Source of the DNA: Octopus sinensis
Lineage: Eukaryota
Direction: 5' to 3'
DNA length: 23,187 nucleotides
Assembly: GCF_006345805.1 (NCBI RefSeq)
Contig: NW_021824238.1
Coordinates: 1-23,187, forward strand
Shown here: positions 9,541-19,435 of the stretch, one piece after another
Position numbering within the stretch: position 1 is the first letter of the stretch
Layout of the letters: each line of letters opens with the position of its first letter
Made by a program: the position numbers and the translations under genes
The notes under the pieces: generated by a model
Databases searched by the model: none
What the model was told of the DNA's origin: nothing
What the model saw: only the letters and a program-made list of their open reading frames with translations

Positions 9541-9689
9541 TTTCCTATCCTATTTTTCCCCTTTCTGGATTGTCCTGAAACTTCTCACTCACTCTCTCTT
9601 TCTCTGTATCTATTTCCCCCTTTTAGCTTTTCTTTCTCTCTTCCCCCACCCCCAAAATATTGTTTTCCTCTTCTAAACAAAACAAACCC

Positions 9690-9800
9690 TCAAAAAACAT
9701 CCTTCTGTTTTTACCATTTTGATTTTGTCTTGACGAGTTCGATAATCGAACGAAAGCGGGATTATCCAAAATTCTCACCGCTTCCTTTTTCTCAATATGT
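9690..9800 (-). repeat. Dispersed repeat fragment homologous to 5160-5260
   Basis: Reverse complement GAATTTTGGATAAT..CGCTTTCGTTCG.TTATCGAACTCGTCAAG.CAAAATCAAAATGGTAAAAACAGAA matches 5180-5258. Confidence 0.75.
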
Positions 9801-9870
9801 ACATATGCGTATGTGTGTATGTGTTTGCGTGCGTGTATGTGTGTGTCTATTTTGCAATATATATATATAT

Positions 9871-10283
9871 GTGGCTGTGTGGTAAGTAGCTTGCTAACCA
9901 ACCACATGGTTCCGGGTTCAGTCCCACTGCGTGGCATCTTGGGCAAGTGTCTTCTGCTATAGCCCGGGCCGACCAATGCCTTGTGAGTGGATTTGGTGGA
10001 CGGAAACTGAAAGAAGCCTGTCGTATATATGTATATATATATATATACGTATGTGTGTATATGTTTGTGTGTCTGTGTTTGTCCCCCTAGCATTGCTTGA
10101 CAACCGATGCTGGTGTGTTTACGTCGCTGTCACCTAGCGGTTCGGCAAAAGAGACCGATAAAATAAGTACTGGGCTTACAAAGAATAAGTCCCGGGGTCG
10201 ATTTGCTCGACTAAAGGTGGTGCTCCAGCATGGCCGCAGTCAAATGACTGAAACAAGTAAAAGGGTAAAGAGTAAAAAAGAGT
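9871..10283 (+). mobile_element. Type A SINE, near full length
   Basis: Head GTGGCTGTGTGGTAAGTAGC, B-box-like GGTTCAGTCCC, CORE-like motif, central TA/TG tract, AAAGAGT tail. Confidence 0.9.
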
Positions 10284-10329
10284 TTATAGATCCTTGAGAC
10301 GGTTATGGGGCAGTTATCTTCCCTGAAAA

Positions 10330-10525
10330 TATATACGTATATATAGGGAGAATTCACAAAAAACAACAAAAGACGAAGACAGGTTCGTGTAGACAACAAA
10401 CAGATGTATTAGTTTAAAGCTCGGGAAGTGAAAAGGTCCTTAACGTTTCGAGCCTATGCTCTTCCATAGAAAAGAACACAGAAAGAAAAAAAAGGAGAGA
10501 AAATAAAGAATGTGTGGCTAGCGAT
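10330..10525 (-). mobile_element. Short repeat with a degenerate hammerhead-like motif (10436-10476); probable PLE pLTR/3'UTR remnant
   Basis: Minus strand TTCTTTT-CTATGGAA-GAGC-ATAG-GCTC-GAAA-CG-TT-AAGGA. Same architecture as 14777-14815, with two core positions changed. Confidence 0.45.
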
Positions 10526-10726
10526 CTATCATGGCGTATTGTGTCCTTCTTGCAACATTAAGAGTTTTTAACTCTTATTTCTTGCAATATAGGTGTCTAG
10601 GTGCCGTTAGACACCATCAGTGAGGATAAAACTTTTCATTTATGATATATTTCGCCTAGCTTCTTATATTAATTTCCAAAAATTTTACTAAATCAGACGT
10701 AAATTTTTATGGTAAAATGTATATAC

Positions 10727-10784
10727 TCAAGGCGGTGCCCCAGCATGGCCGCAGTCTAATGACTGAAACAAGTAAAGAATAAAG
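10727..10784 (+). mobile_element. 3' fragment of a type A SINE
   Basis: AAGGCGGTGCCCCAGCATGGCCGCAGTCTAATGACTGAAACAAGTAAAG matches type A tails. Confidence 0.8.
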
Positions 10785-10831
10785 CATACTGACGGCCAGA
10801 TTTAGTCAAACCCTCGAACATTCGATTAGTT

Positions 10832-10873
10832 ACTACTGAAGAGCCTACGACTGATAGGTAAAACTAGTCGAGT
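10832..10873 (+). ncRNA. Decayed minimal hammerhead motif
   Basis: ACTA-CTGAAGA(10836-42)-GCCTA-CGACTGA-TAGGT-AAAA-CTAG-TC-GAGT. The helix II/G12 junction reads TA where CG is expected (CpG-decay pattern). Palindrome ACTAGT, cleavage triplet GUC. Confidence 0.55.
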
Positions 10874-11064
10874 CTACTGATACTAGGGCAGGTATCTTTG
10901 TCAGTGTACATATATTGCGCGCCTCTTAGCGATTAAGGTTTTCAATACTTATTTCTTGTTAAAAAGGTGCTTCGGCGCCCTCAATCACAATTAATGACCA
11001 TAAAATTTTCCCTATATACAGCAGTTTGTGTCTATATGTATCATTATCACTCTATGTGTATGTA

Positions 11065-11283
11065 TTTATCTCTCTCTCTCTCTCTCTCCTCTCTTTCTCT
11101 CTCTATCTATCTATCTAGCTAGCTAGCTAGCTATCGATCTATCCATCCATCCGTCCGTCCGTCCGTCCGTCCGTCCGTCCGTCCGTCCGTCTGTCTGTCC
11201 CTCCGTCCGTCCGTCCGTCTGTCCGTCCGTCTGTCCGTCTGTTTGTCTGTCTGTCTTTCTTTCTATCTATCTATCAATCAATC

Positions 11284-11381
<98 letters not shown>

Positions 11382-11750
11382 CCTATCAATCTAACTGTCT
11401 GTCTGTCTGTCTAACTATTCCCCCTTCTCTATACACACACACACACACACACACGCACACACACACACATATATATATACATATATACATTTCTGTGTGT
11501 ATGGAGGCGTGTTTGTACACACACACACCACACACACACATACACACACATATACACATATAGAATATAAAGCGATATGCGTTATTGTTTTCATCATGTC
11601 TGAACTCCCAATGACCTTTTTACATACACACACACATACACACATACACACATACACACACACCCACAAAACAATACACACACACACACACAAGCCACAC
11701 CCAAGTGGGAGCCAAACACACTTAAACATCCTTACATTCATGCACATACA
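11065..11750. repeat. Compound microsatellite field (TC, TCTA, TAGC, TCCA, TCCG, TCTG, then CA/TA)
   Basis: Directly visible. Confidence 0.95.
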
Positions 11751-12040
11751 CATACCACATTTTTTTAATAGATTTTCTCCAGTATAACATGGGCAGTTTG
11801 TTTACACTCTCCGTTATACATATAATCGCGTCTAAAATCTATAGATTTATTCTGCTGAACAATAAAGTACTTAAATAAAATGCTGTGAACTCTACAATAA
11901 TTTTGTAGCACTGTTTACCAATTTGTGTATTAATATGTCTATCTGTGTATCGATTGACCTCTTGGCGCTGATAGGCTTGATTGTTTATCAATAGTTCATC
12001 AGGTATACGGATGGGCGTGGTTCCAGAATTATATTTTTTA

Positions 12041-12890
12041 CTTATTTCAGCAATTACGCTGCGGCCATGCTGGTGCACCACAAAGGGGAATTTTTTTATT
12101 CAAAGAAATGGACACCAAAATCTATTACATTTTTTTTAAAAACAGAAAGTATTTTGTCATTCGCTTTTATTGAAACGCTAAATAATGTGGACGTAAACAC
12201 AGCACTGGTTGTCAAACGGGAGTGCAGACAAAACATAGACACACACACACGCACACGCACATACACTCTCTTTCTCTCACGCACACAAATATACACACGC
12301 GAACACACATACACATGAATGGGAAGCACTCCGTCGGTTACGACGACGAGGGTTCCGGTTGATCCGAATCAACGGAACAGCCTGCTCGTGAAATTAACGT
12401 GTAAGTGGCTGAGCACTCCACAGACACGTGTACCCTTAACGTAGTTCTCGGGGATATTCGGCGTGACACAGAGAGTGACAAGGCCGGCCCTTTGAAATAC
12501 AGGTACAACAGAAACAGGAAGTAAGAGTGAGAGAAAGTTGTGGTGAAAGAGTACAGCAGGGATCACCACCATCCCCTGCCGGAGCCTCGTGGTGCTTTAG
12601 GTGTTTTCGCTCAATAAACACTCACAACGCCCGGTCTTGGAATCGAAACCGCGAGTCCGCTGCCCTAACCACTGGGCCACTGCGCCTCCACACATACATA
12701 CAAACACAACAAACATACACACGTATAAACACACAAATATGACAGGCTTCATTCAGTTTCTGTAAAATCCATGTCTTTGGGCAATATGGGGCTGTAGTAG
12801 AGGCCACTTTTCCAAGGTGCCACACGGTGGGACTGAACCAGGAACCGTGTGGTTGGGAGGCAAACTTCTTTCCACAGGGCTACGCCTACG
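12041..12890 (-). mobile_element. Old, diverged type A SINE split by a younger type B SINE
   Basis: 3' remnants at 12041-12240 (GCGGCCATGCTGGTGCACC; GGACGTAAACACAGCACTGGTTGTCAA). 5' half at 12741-12890 (CCAAGGTGCCACACGGTGGGACTGAACC). Confidence 0.7.
12320..12691 (-). mobile_element. Type B SINE with a small deletion in the tRNA head
   Basis: Reverse complement of 6386-6772, inserted in a CA-rich tract. Confidence 0.92.
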
Positions 12891-12894
12891 TCTC

Positions 12895-12979
<85 letters not shown>

Positions 12980-12980
<1 letters not shown>

Positions 12981-13604
12981 GGTGGACGCGTCTGAAAGGA
13001 TTGGAGACAAACACTTTCCTCTCTGGTCAATCTCTCATCAACTTCTTCAAGTACCACTTGAAAAGGAAAGTGAGAGTAGAGAGGCAAGTTTTGTCCAGCG
13101 AACGTTTAAAAAAAAGATGGGCGAATGTAGCAAGGATGGCACGTATAAATGACGAAGCCACCTTGAGCGTAATCCTATGAACCCAGAAATTAAAAACAGA
13201 GGGTTACCCACTTGCAAACAAATGTGGTAACATATAACAATATTGACCAAGGTTACCGTGGTCTTTTTCGTAGGTTTTTCTTCCCACGGATAAACCTTAC
13301 TTGCTTTCCCCTTTACACCATACATCATGACACTGTGATACACGATCCCTATTGATCGTTTTTTTTCCTCTTCTCCTTTTTTCCCTCTTTTTTCTTCCTT
13401 TTTCCATTTTCTTTTCTTTTGCTCCTTTTCCCTTTTTTCTTTTTTTCTTTACCTCTTTTTTCCTTTTTTTTGTACTTTTTTCCCTTTTACGATCCCTTTT
13501 GATCGAAAACCTAGGCCACCTTTTTTTTTTCATCCCCCAAAAGAAAAGCTCTACTTTGTAACTTGTTCCATCTGTGTGCAGCCCTGTGTGGCCAATAAAG
13601 AAAC
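12980..13604 (+). mobile_element. 5'-truncated LINE 3' end, probably L1/Tx1-like, embedded in (TATC)n
   Basis: Open frame 12980-13180 WWTRLKGLETNTFLSGQSLINFFKYHLKRKVRVERQVLSSERLKKRWANVARMARINDEATLSVIL* resembles L1/Tx1 ORF2 C-termini (recall). Pyrimidine-rich 3'UTR ends AATAAAGAAAC. TATC repeats on both sides. Confidence 0.6.
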
Positions 13605-13623
13605 TTATCTATCTATCTATCTC

Positions 13624-14026
13624 TCTTTTACTCTTTTACTTGTTTCAGTCATTTGACTGCGGCCATGCTGGAGCACAGCCTTTAATCGAGCAACTCGACC
13701 CCGGAACTCATTCTTTGTAAGCCCAGTACTTATTCTATCGGTCTCTTTTGCCGAACCGCTAAGTGACGGGGACATAAACACATCAGCATCGGTTGTCAAG
13801 CATTGCTAGGGAGACAAACACAGACACACAAACATACACGCACACATATATACATACATATATACGACGTGATTCTTTCAGTTTCCGTCTACCAAATAGA
13901 CTCACAAGGCTTTGGTCGGCCCGAGGCTATAGTAGAAGACACTTGCCCAAGGTGCCACGCAGTGGGACTGAACCCGGAACCACGTGGTTGGTAAACAAGC
14001 CACTTACCACACAGCCACTCCTGCGC

Positions 14027-14027
<1 letters not shown>
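13624..14027 (-). mobile_element. Full-length type A SINE
   Basis: Reverse complement of 9871-10283, including the GGCGCAGGAG start. Confidence 0.92.
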
Positions 14028-14066
<39 letters not shown>

Positions 14067-14313
14067 TCCCATCTTTCTTGTTCTGCCTCACCTCTCTCAC
14101 TCTATCGGTAGATAGGTAGGTTTGTGGGTATGTATGTATGTATGCATGTATGCAGGTACGTTGGCAGGTAGGTGGGCATGTAGGTATGACGGCAGGTAGG
14201 TAGACTGATTGATACATAAAGGCATATACACGGTTTAAGTGAGAAATATGAATGGACAAGATCGTATATAGATACAGAATGTTACATATAGATCTACATC
14301 AGCGTGTGTGTGT

Positions 14314-14390
<77 letters not shown>
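14314..14390. repeat. (GTA)n microsatellite
   Basis: Directly visible. Confidence 0.97.
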
Positions 14391-14689
14391 AATAAAGAAA
14401 AAGTCCTTGGTACAATATTATATATATGTTTAAAAGAATGAGTCGAGAGGGCTTTTTTGAGGGGATAATATTTATTTTAATCTTAATAATAATGTTTACA
14501 GTGAGTGACTCCGATATGAATTTCAAGCTTCACGTAACCGTTTCCAAACTGAAGAATGTAGGTTTTACTGGTTTCTTAAATAGCAAAAACTTTTTTCTTA
14601 CAAGTATGCATAAAAAATATAGATACAAAAGAGAAAAGAATATAAAATTATAAAAAAATAATAAAAAAATTATATATATAGTTATTCCA

Positions 14690-14890
14690 AGCATGAACAA
14701 AGAGAAAACACAACAACGAGAGGACGTGGAACAAGTATAGTATTATTGGACGCTCAGGAAGGGAAAGAAAGAAGGGGGATTAAACGTTTCGAGCGGAGCT
14801 CTTCGTCAGAAACTTAGAAAAAGGAAAGGTCGAAGAAAGAAAAGACGCAGAAAGAAAATCACTAACGATACACACGTTGTCACACATTGA
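14690..14890 (-). mobile_element. Short repeat containing a hammerhead-like motif (14777-14815); probable PLE pLTR/3'UTR remnant
   Basis: Minus strand AAGTTT-CTGACGA-A-GAGC-TCC-GCTC-GAAA-CG-TT-TAATCC. Intact core with an extra A after A9, palindromic AACGTT, weak helix I. Confidence 0.55.
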
Positions 14891-14954
14891 ACTGGTATAT
14901 ATATATATGTGTGTGTGTGTATATATGTGTGTGTATATATGTATATATGCATGT

Positions 14955-15283
14955 GTGGTTAGAGCGTCGAGCTTACGATCGTGAGGTTGTGAGCTCGAAA
15001 CCCGGACCGGGCTGCGTGTTGTGTTCTTGAGCAAGACACTTTATTTAACGTTGCTCCAGTTCACTCAGCTGTAGAAATGAGTTGCGACGTCACTGGTGCC
15101 AAGCTGTATCGGCCCCTTTGCCTTTCCCTTGGATAACACTGGTGGCGTGGAGAGGGGAGGCTGGTATGCATGGGCGACTGCTGGCCTTCCATAAACAACC
15201 TTGCCCGGACTTGTGTCTAGGAGGGTAACTTTCTAGGTGCAATCCCATGGTCATTCATGACCGAAGGGGGTCTTTACCTTTAC
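14955..15283 (+). mobile_element. Type C CORE-SINE, slightly 5'-truncated
   Basis: Near-identical to 4397-4721. Confidence 0.9.
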
Positions 15284-15284
15284 T

Positions 15285-15304
15285 TTATATATATATATAT
15301 ATAG

Positions 15305-15380
<76 letters not shown>
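15285..15380. repeat. (TA)n/(CA)n microsatellite
   Basis: Directly visible. Confidence 0.95.
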
Positions 15381-15381
<1 letters not shown>

Positions 15382-15839
15382 AGAGTAAGCCCATAAATGC
15401 GAAACAAGGAGGAAAATGTAGTACTCGAATACTAGAGGTAGATTATACCTCTAGTATCAGAGTGATAAAAAATTCTGCCCATGAGTTAATGTCTTCTACT
15501 TCCATGTTTTTATTGATGAGATTCACCTCTCTGTCTATATACCTCCCCTGTTTGTAATGTTGGCAAATGGAATAAGTATAAAAATGAACATTGTCAATTT
15601 AATTTTAAAAAATTCCATATGTGGCTAAAGAGTGCTCTGCATTTTAAAACTGATGTAATACTTACAGTGTTCAATAAAATGAAGTAGCATGAAACGGTTG
15701 TACTACACTACCTAGGATATCCTTGTTGCTTATTTTGATTATAATCACCCCATTTGATTTATATGGATAATACTATACCAAATTCTGGTGCCTTTAACTT
15801 CAGTACCATATTCATCTGAATCGAAATTTTTGCTGAACT

Positions 15840-15887
<48 letters not shown>

Positions 15888-15909
15888 CACACACACACGC
15901 ACACAAACA

Positions 15910-16691
15910 CAGGGTTATTGATGAAGAACGAACCGATTTTATTTTAATAAGAAAAGCAGTAGAAAACTCTAGCTAAATCACAAGTATTTACTCTGGTTCA
16001 ACTTTTATTTCCTGTCTTCTTAGCACACCCCAGATAGTAGATTAAGGGATCACAAGCTCACGGTAAGTTCGATTTGTGGACTTCCACGGGCTCCCCTCAA
16101 ACACAGCACGGATTTTCGCCAGTTGTTTCTCCGAAACTTGGGATCATCTTGGACTTTTCCTTTACACAGAAACCCACTGTCTAGAAACTGTTGAAACCCC
16201 TGTCGAATATTCTTAGGAGAGGACAGATTAATGTCAATTTGACTTCGAGAAGCACGCTGCGCTGTGAAAACCGAGTCTGTTTTTGCGAACTCGAGAACGC
16301 AGAACGCCTTTTACTGAGGACTCGGTCGTTTTGAGTATAAACAAACAACTGAAAGTTGCCGGAAGAACGACGGGACTACAGCGCCCCTGTGGCAGCCATT
16401 GAAAACTTAGAAAGTTCCACCAGCTACCCACTAGCCTCGATGACCTTAAACTTTGAATAACAACAACGATCAACTCAGTGGTTCGTGATAATCTGATACG
16501 CGTCTGGGAGGAATTCTCTCATCGCATCGATATTGTCTGTGCCGCAGGGGGTGGCCATGTGGAACGCTTGTGAGACAGGAACTAAAAGCTGATTGTGAGT
16601 AAATAGTTGGGACTTAGCTGGAGTTTTCTATTGCATTTCCTTATTAAAATATTGCATAATGAAATCGCTTCATACTTATTGAATAACCCTG
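15910..16691. mobile_element. Non-autonomous maT/DD37D-like Tc1/mariner relic with internal inversion (copy 1)
   Basis: TIRs CAGGGTTATT... (23/30 identity, homology extends ~110 bp). N-terminal HTH on - strand ~16016-16329 (KAFCVLEFAKTDSVFTAQRA...QQFLDSGFLCKGK...SPWKSTNRTYREL). C-terminus on + strand 16414-16573 (LPTSLDDLKL*ITT...RVWEEFSHRIDIVCAAGGGHVERL*). Confidence 0.82.
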
Positions 16692-16721
16692 TGTATATAT
16701 GTATATATATATATATATATA

Positions 16722-17261
16722 CGTTTAAATATTTGTTGTGCAAGATTTTTTTTTATGTGAAGTCGTGTGTTGAAACAGATATTGTTATATTTCGGAATGG
16801 TCATATTGCCAGTTTAGCCAATAAAAACACACGCACTATATATTTGGTGTTATTTTGCTTCAGTGATATTTATTTTTTACATTAATCTTAATCTTATTTC
16901 GGCCAAAGTTCTTTCGTCACACTCCTGTGACCGCATCAGTGGTCCTTTGTTTTCTTCTCACTTACTTGTGTCTCTCCTTACTAACCGTCAGCCATTTTGT
17001 ATTTCTATTGTATGTCTCATTTGCGCATGCTTATATCTCTATGTGCGTCTATGTTTATTTAGTGTGTGTGTGTGAGGGGGATGCCTGTAATATTTGTATC
17101 TTCTGGTTATATACATTCTTGTAATTTGTATTTTGTTTTTGTTGTTGTTGCTTTTGTTCTAATTTTGTTCATGTGTTTACATCCACCATTATTATCATTA
17201 CATATGCTTGTATGTATGTATAACAACAATATTAGTAATAATAATAATAAATCTAATCGAA

Positions 17262-17292
<31 letters not shown>

Positions 17293-18192
17293 CATATACA
17301 TACATACATATATATATATATATACATATATATACATATACATATATATATATATACCATATACACACACATATACACACATACATACACATATACATAT
17401 ATATAGTTATTCATTTCTATTTCTTTAATTATCTGTGTATTTATTATGTTTGCAGGATCCACTATCGTCATATGTTGTGGTGTGCGCTATTGCTCCATTC
17501 TAGTTTTCTATTCAGGCTAGGTTTATTTTCTATTATATGTGTAGCTTCTGTAATTTGTCTAATTGTTGCATCTGTTCTATGTGTGGACAATATCTTAATC
17601 TCTATGTTATTGATTGATCCCCCGTGTTCTTGTTCAGCGTGTTGGTACAGAATCGATGAGCTTTCACCTTCCTTGAGTTGTCTCCAATGTTCATTCACCC
17701 GCTTACCAATGCTTCTTGCTGTTTCCCCTACGTATGTTACTGTCTGTACTGCATCGTCCTCTATACATCTTATACTATAGACACATTTCTGGCTTTACAG
17801 TTTGTTTGTGGGCTAAATCTACATACATTGCAATAGTTGTCCGTACAGAGAGTTCTACTAAAAGGATACTTCTACCAATTATAGATCTGATAGGGTTGCC
17901 TGGCTTTTCAACAACCTTAATTCTTAGTTTAAGTTATCTAGGGTCCTTCTAAAGCGGTACGCCAGTTCACCTCCAGGGGTGGTGTCAACGAACATGACAC
18001 TCTGGTATTTATGGCTATCATACCAAGAGTTGGCCTTCCCTATTTTCTTTTTTGTCCTTTCTATAGTGTTCCATGACTTGTTCCTATAGAGTGGGCAAAT
18101 CCCATTCCTATCATTATATAATATATTATCAAATTTCTTCATGGCTCCTTTGTATACTCTGACCCTTTCTTTATGGCTGTAACCTGAGAACT
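16722..18192 (-). mobile_element. 5'-truncated Penelope-like element (family 1), inverted arm 1, with long 3' tail
   Basis: Coding relic 18192-17468 ends [19 protein letters not shown]...HAEQEH...[30 protein letters not shown]. Tail includes an internal microsatellite and runs to (TA)n at ~16722. Confidence 0.88.
16901..16945 (-). ncRNA. Non-canonical hammerhead-like motif in the PLE 3' tail (copy 1)
   Basis: Minus strand GGACCA-CTGATGCG-GTCAC-AGGAGT-GTGAC-GAAA-GAAC-TT-TGGCC, ~520 nt downstream of the ORF stop, in PLE sense. A9 replaced by CG; helix III not perfectly palindromic. Confidence 0.45.
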
Positions 18193-18214
18193 ACCAGTGT
18201 CTAGTACTGGTAGT

Positions 18215-19400
18215 CTATGGTACTGAACTCTGGCTAGAAATTGTGAAAAGTAAAACCCAAATCCTTCATTCATACTATGCAAAACCCAAATCCTTCATTC
18301 ATACTATGCAAAACCTATGGCCTCAAAATACCTGATCCACCGGAACTCAGCCATTGCGGGCAATGCAAAGTCCAATATTTTGATGGCAGACCTCGTCAGA
18401 ATAATGAGAAATGTGTCACGCATGTGCGAGCCTACCGAATTAAAGAGACACATACAGTATTTCATTCACCGCATGCAGTTCTCAGGTTACAGCCATAAAG
18501 AAAGGGTAGAGTATACAAAGGAGCCATGAAAGAAATTGATAATATATGTAATGATAGGATGGGATTTGCCCACTCTATAGGAACAAGTCATGGAACACTA
18601 TAGAAAGGACAAAAAAGAAAATAGGGAAGGCCAACTCTTGGTATGATAGCCATAAATACCAGAGTGTCATGTTCGTTGACACCACCCCTGGAGGTGAACT
18701 GGCGTACCGCTTTAGAAGGACCCTAGATAAACTTAAGCTAAGAATTAAGGTTGTTGAAAAGCCAGGCAACCCTATCAGATCTATAATTGGTAGAAGCTAT
18801 CCTTTTAGTAGAACTCTCTGTACGGATAACTATTGCACTGTATGTAGATTTAGCCCACAAACAAACTGTAAAGCCAGAAATGTGGTCTATAGTATAAGAT
18901 GTATAGAGGGACGATGCAGTAACAAGACAGTAACATACGTAGGGGAAACAGCAAGAAGCATTGGTGAGCGGGTGAATGAACATTGGAGACAACTCAAGGA
19001 AGGTATAAGCTCATCGATTCTGTACCAACACGCTGAACAAGAACACGGGGGATCAATCAATAACATAGAGATTAAGATATTGTCCACACATAGAACAGAT
19101 GCAACAATTAGACAAATTACAGAAGCTACACATATAATAGAAAATAACCTAGCCTGATAGAAAACTAGAATGGAGCAATAGCGCACACCACAACATATGA
19201 CGATAGTGGATCCTGCAAACATAATAAATACCAGATAATTAAAGAAATAGAAATGAATAACTAATATATGTATATGTGTATGTATGTGTGTATATGTGTG
19301 TGTATATGTGTATATATATATATGTATATGTATATTATATGTGTATATAATATATATATATATGGTATGTATGTATATGTTATATATTATATATATATAT
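18215..19400 (+). mobile_element. 5'-truncated Penelope-like element (family 1), forward arm 1
   Basis: Frameshifted coding relic 18215-19200 from LWLEIV...YYAKPM (RT thumb region) through SGY, FVDTTPGGEL, CTDNYCTVC...NC linker and the GIY-YIG domain. Confidence 0.9.
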
Positions 19401-19435
19401 ATATATATACATACACACACACACGCACACAAACA

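Noticed and set aside
11960-12010. CTGATGA on the minus strand (11996-12002)
   Set aside because: No properly placed GAAA, helix III or helix I.
16314-16345. CTGAGGA followed by a weak stem, as a hammerhead
   Set aside because: No GAAA follows the stem, and it is the antisense of the maT transposase start region.
16379-16395. CTCF-like motif CAGCGCCCCTGTGGCAG
   Set aside because: It is two bases shorter than the recalled CTCF core and is explained as the transposon's 5' subterminal sequence.
18190-18236. Inversion junction as a leftover sequencing adapter
   Set aside because: It does not resemble the PacBio hairpin adapter. The palindrome is asymmetric with a 284 bp coding spacer, and most of the segment reads as PLE coding sequence.
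18370-18405. CTGACGA on the minus strand (18393-18399)
   Set aside because: It lies inside PLE coding sequence in antisense, with no helix II/GAAA arrangement.
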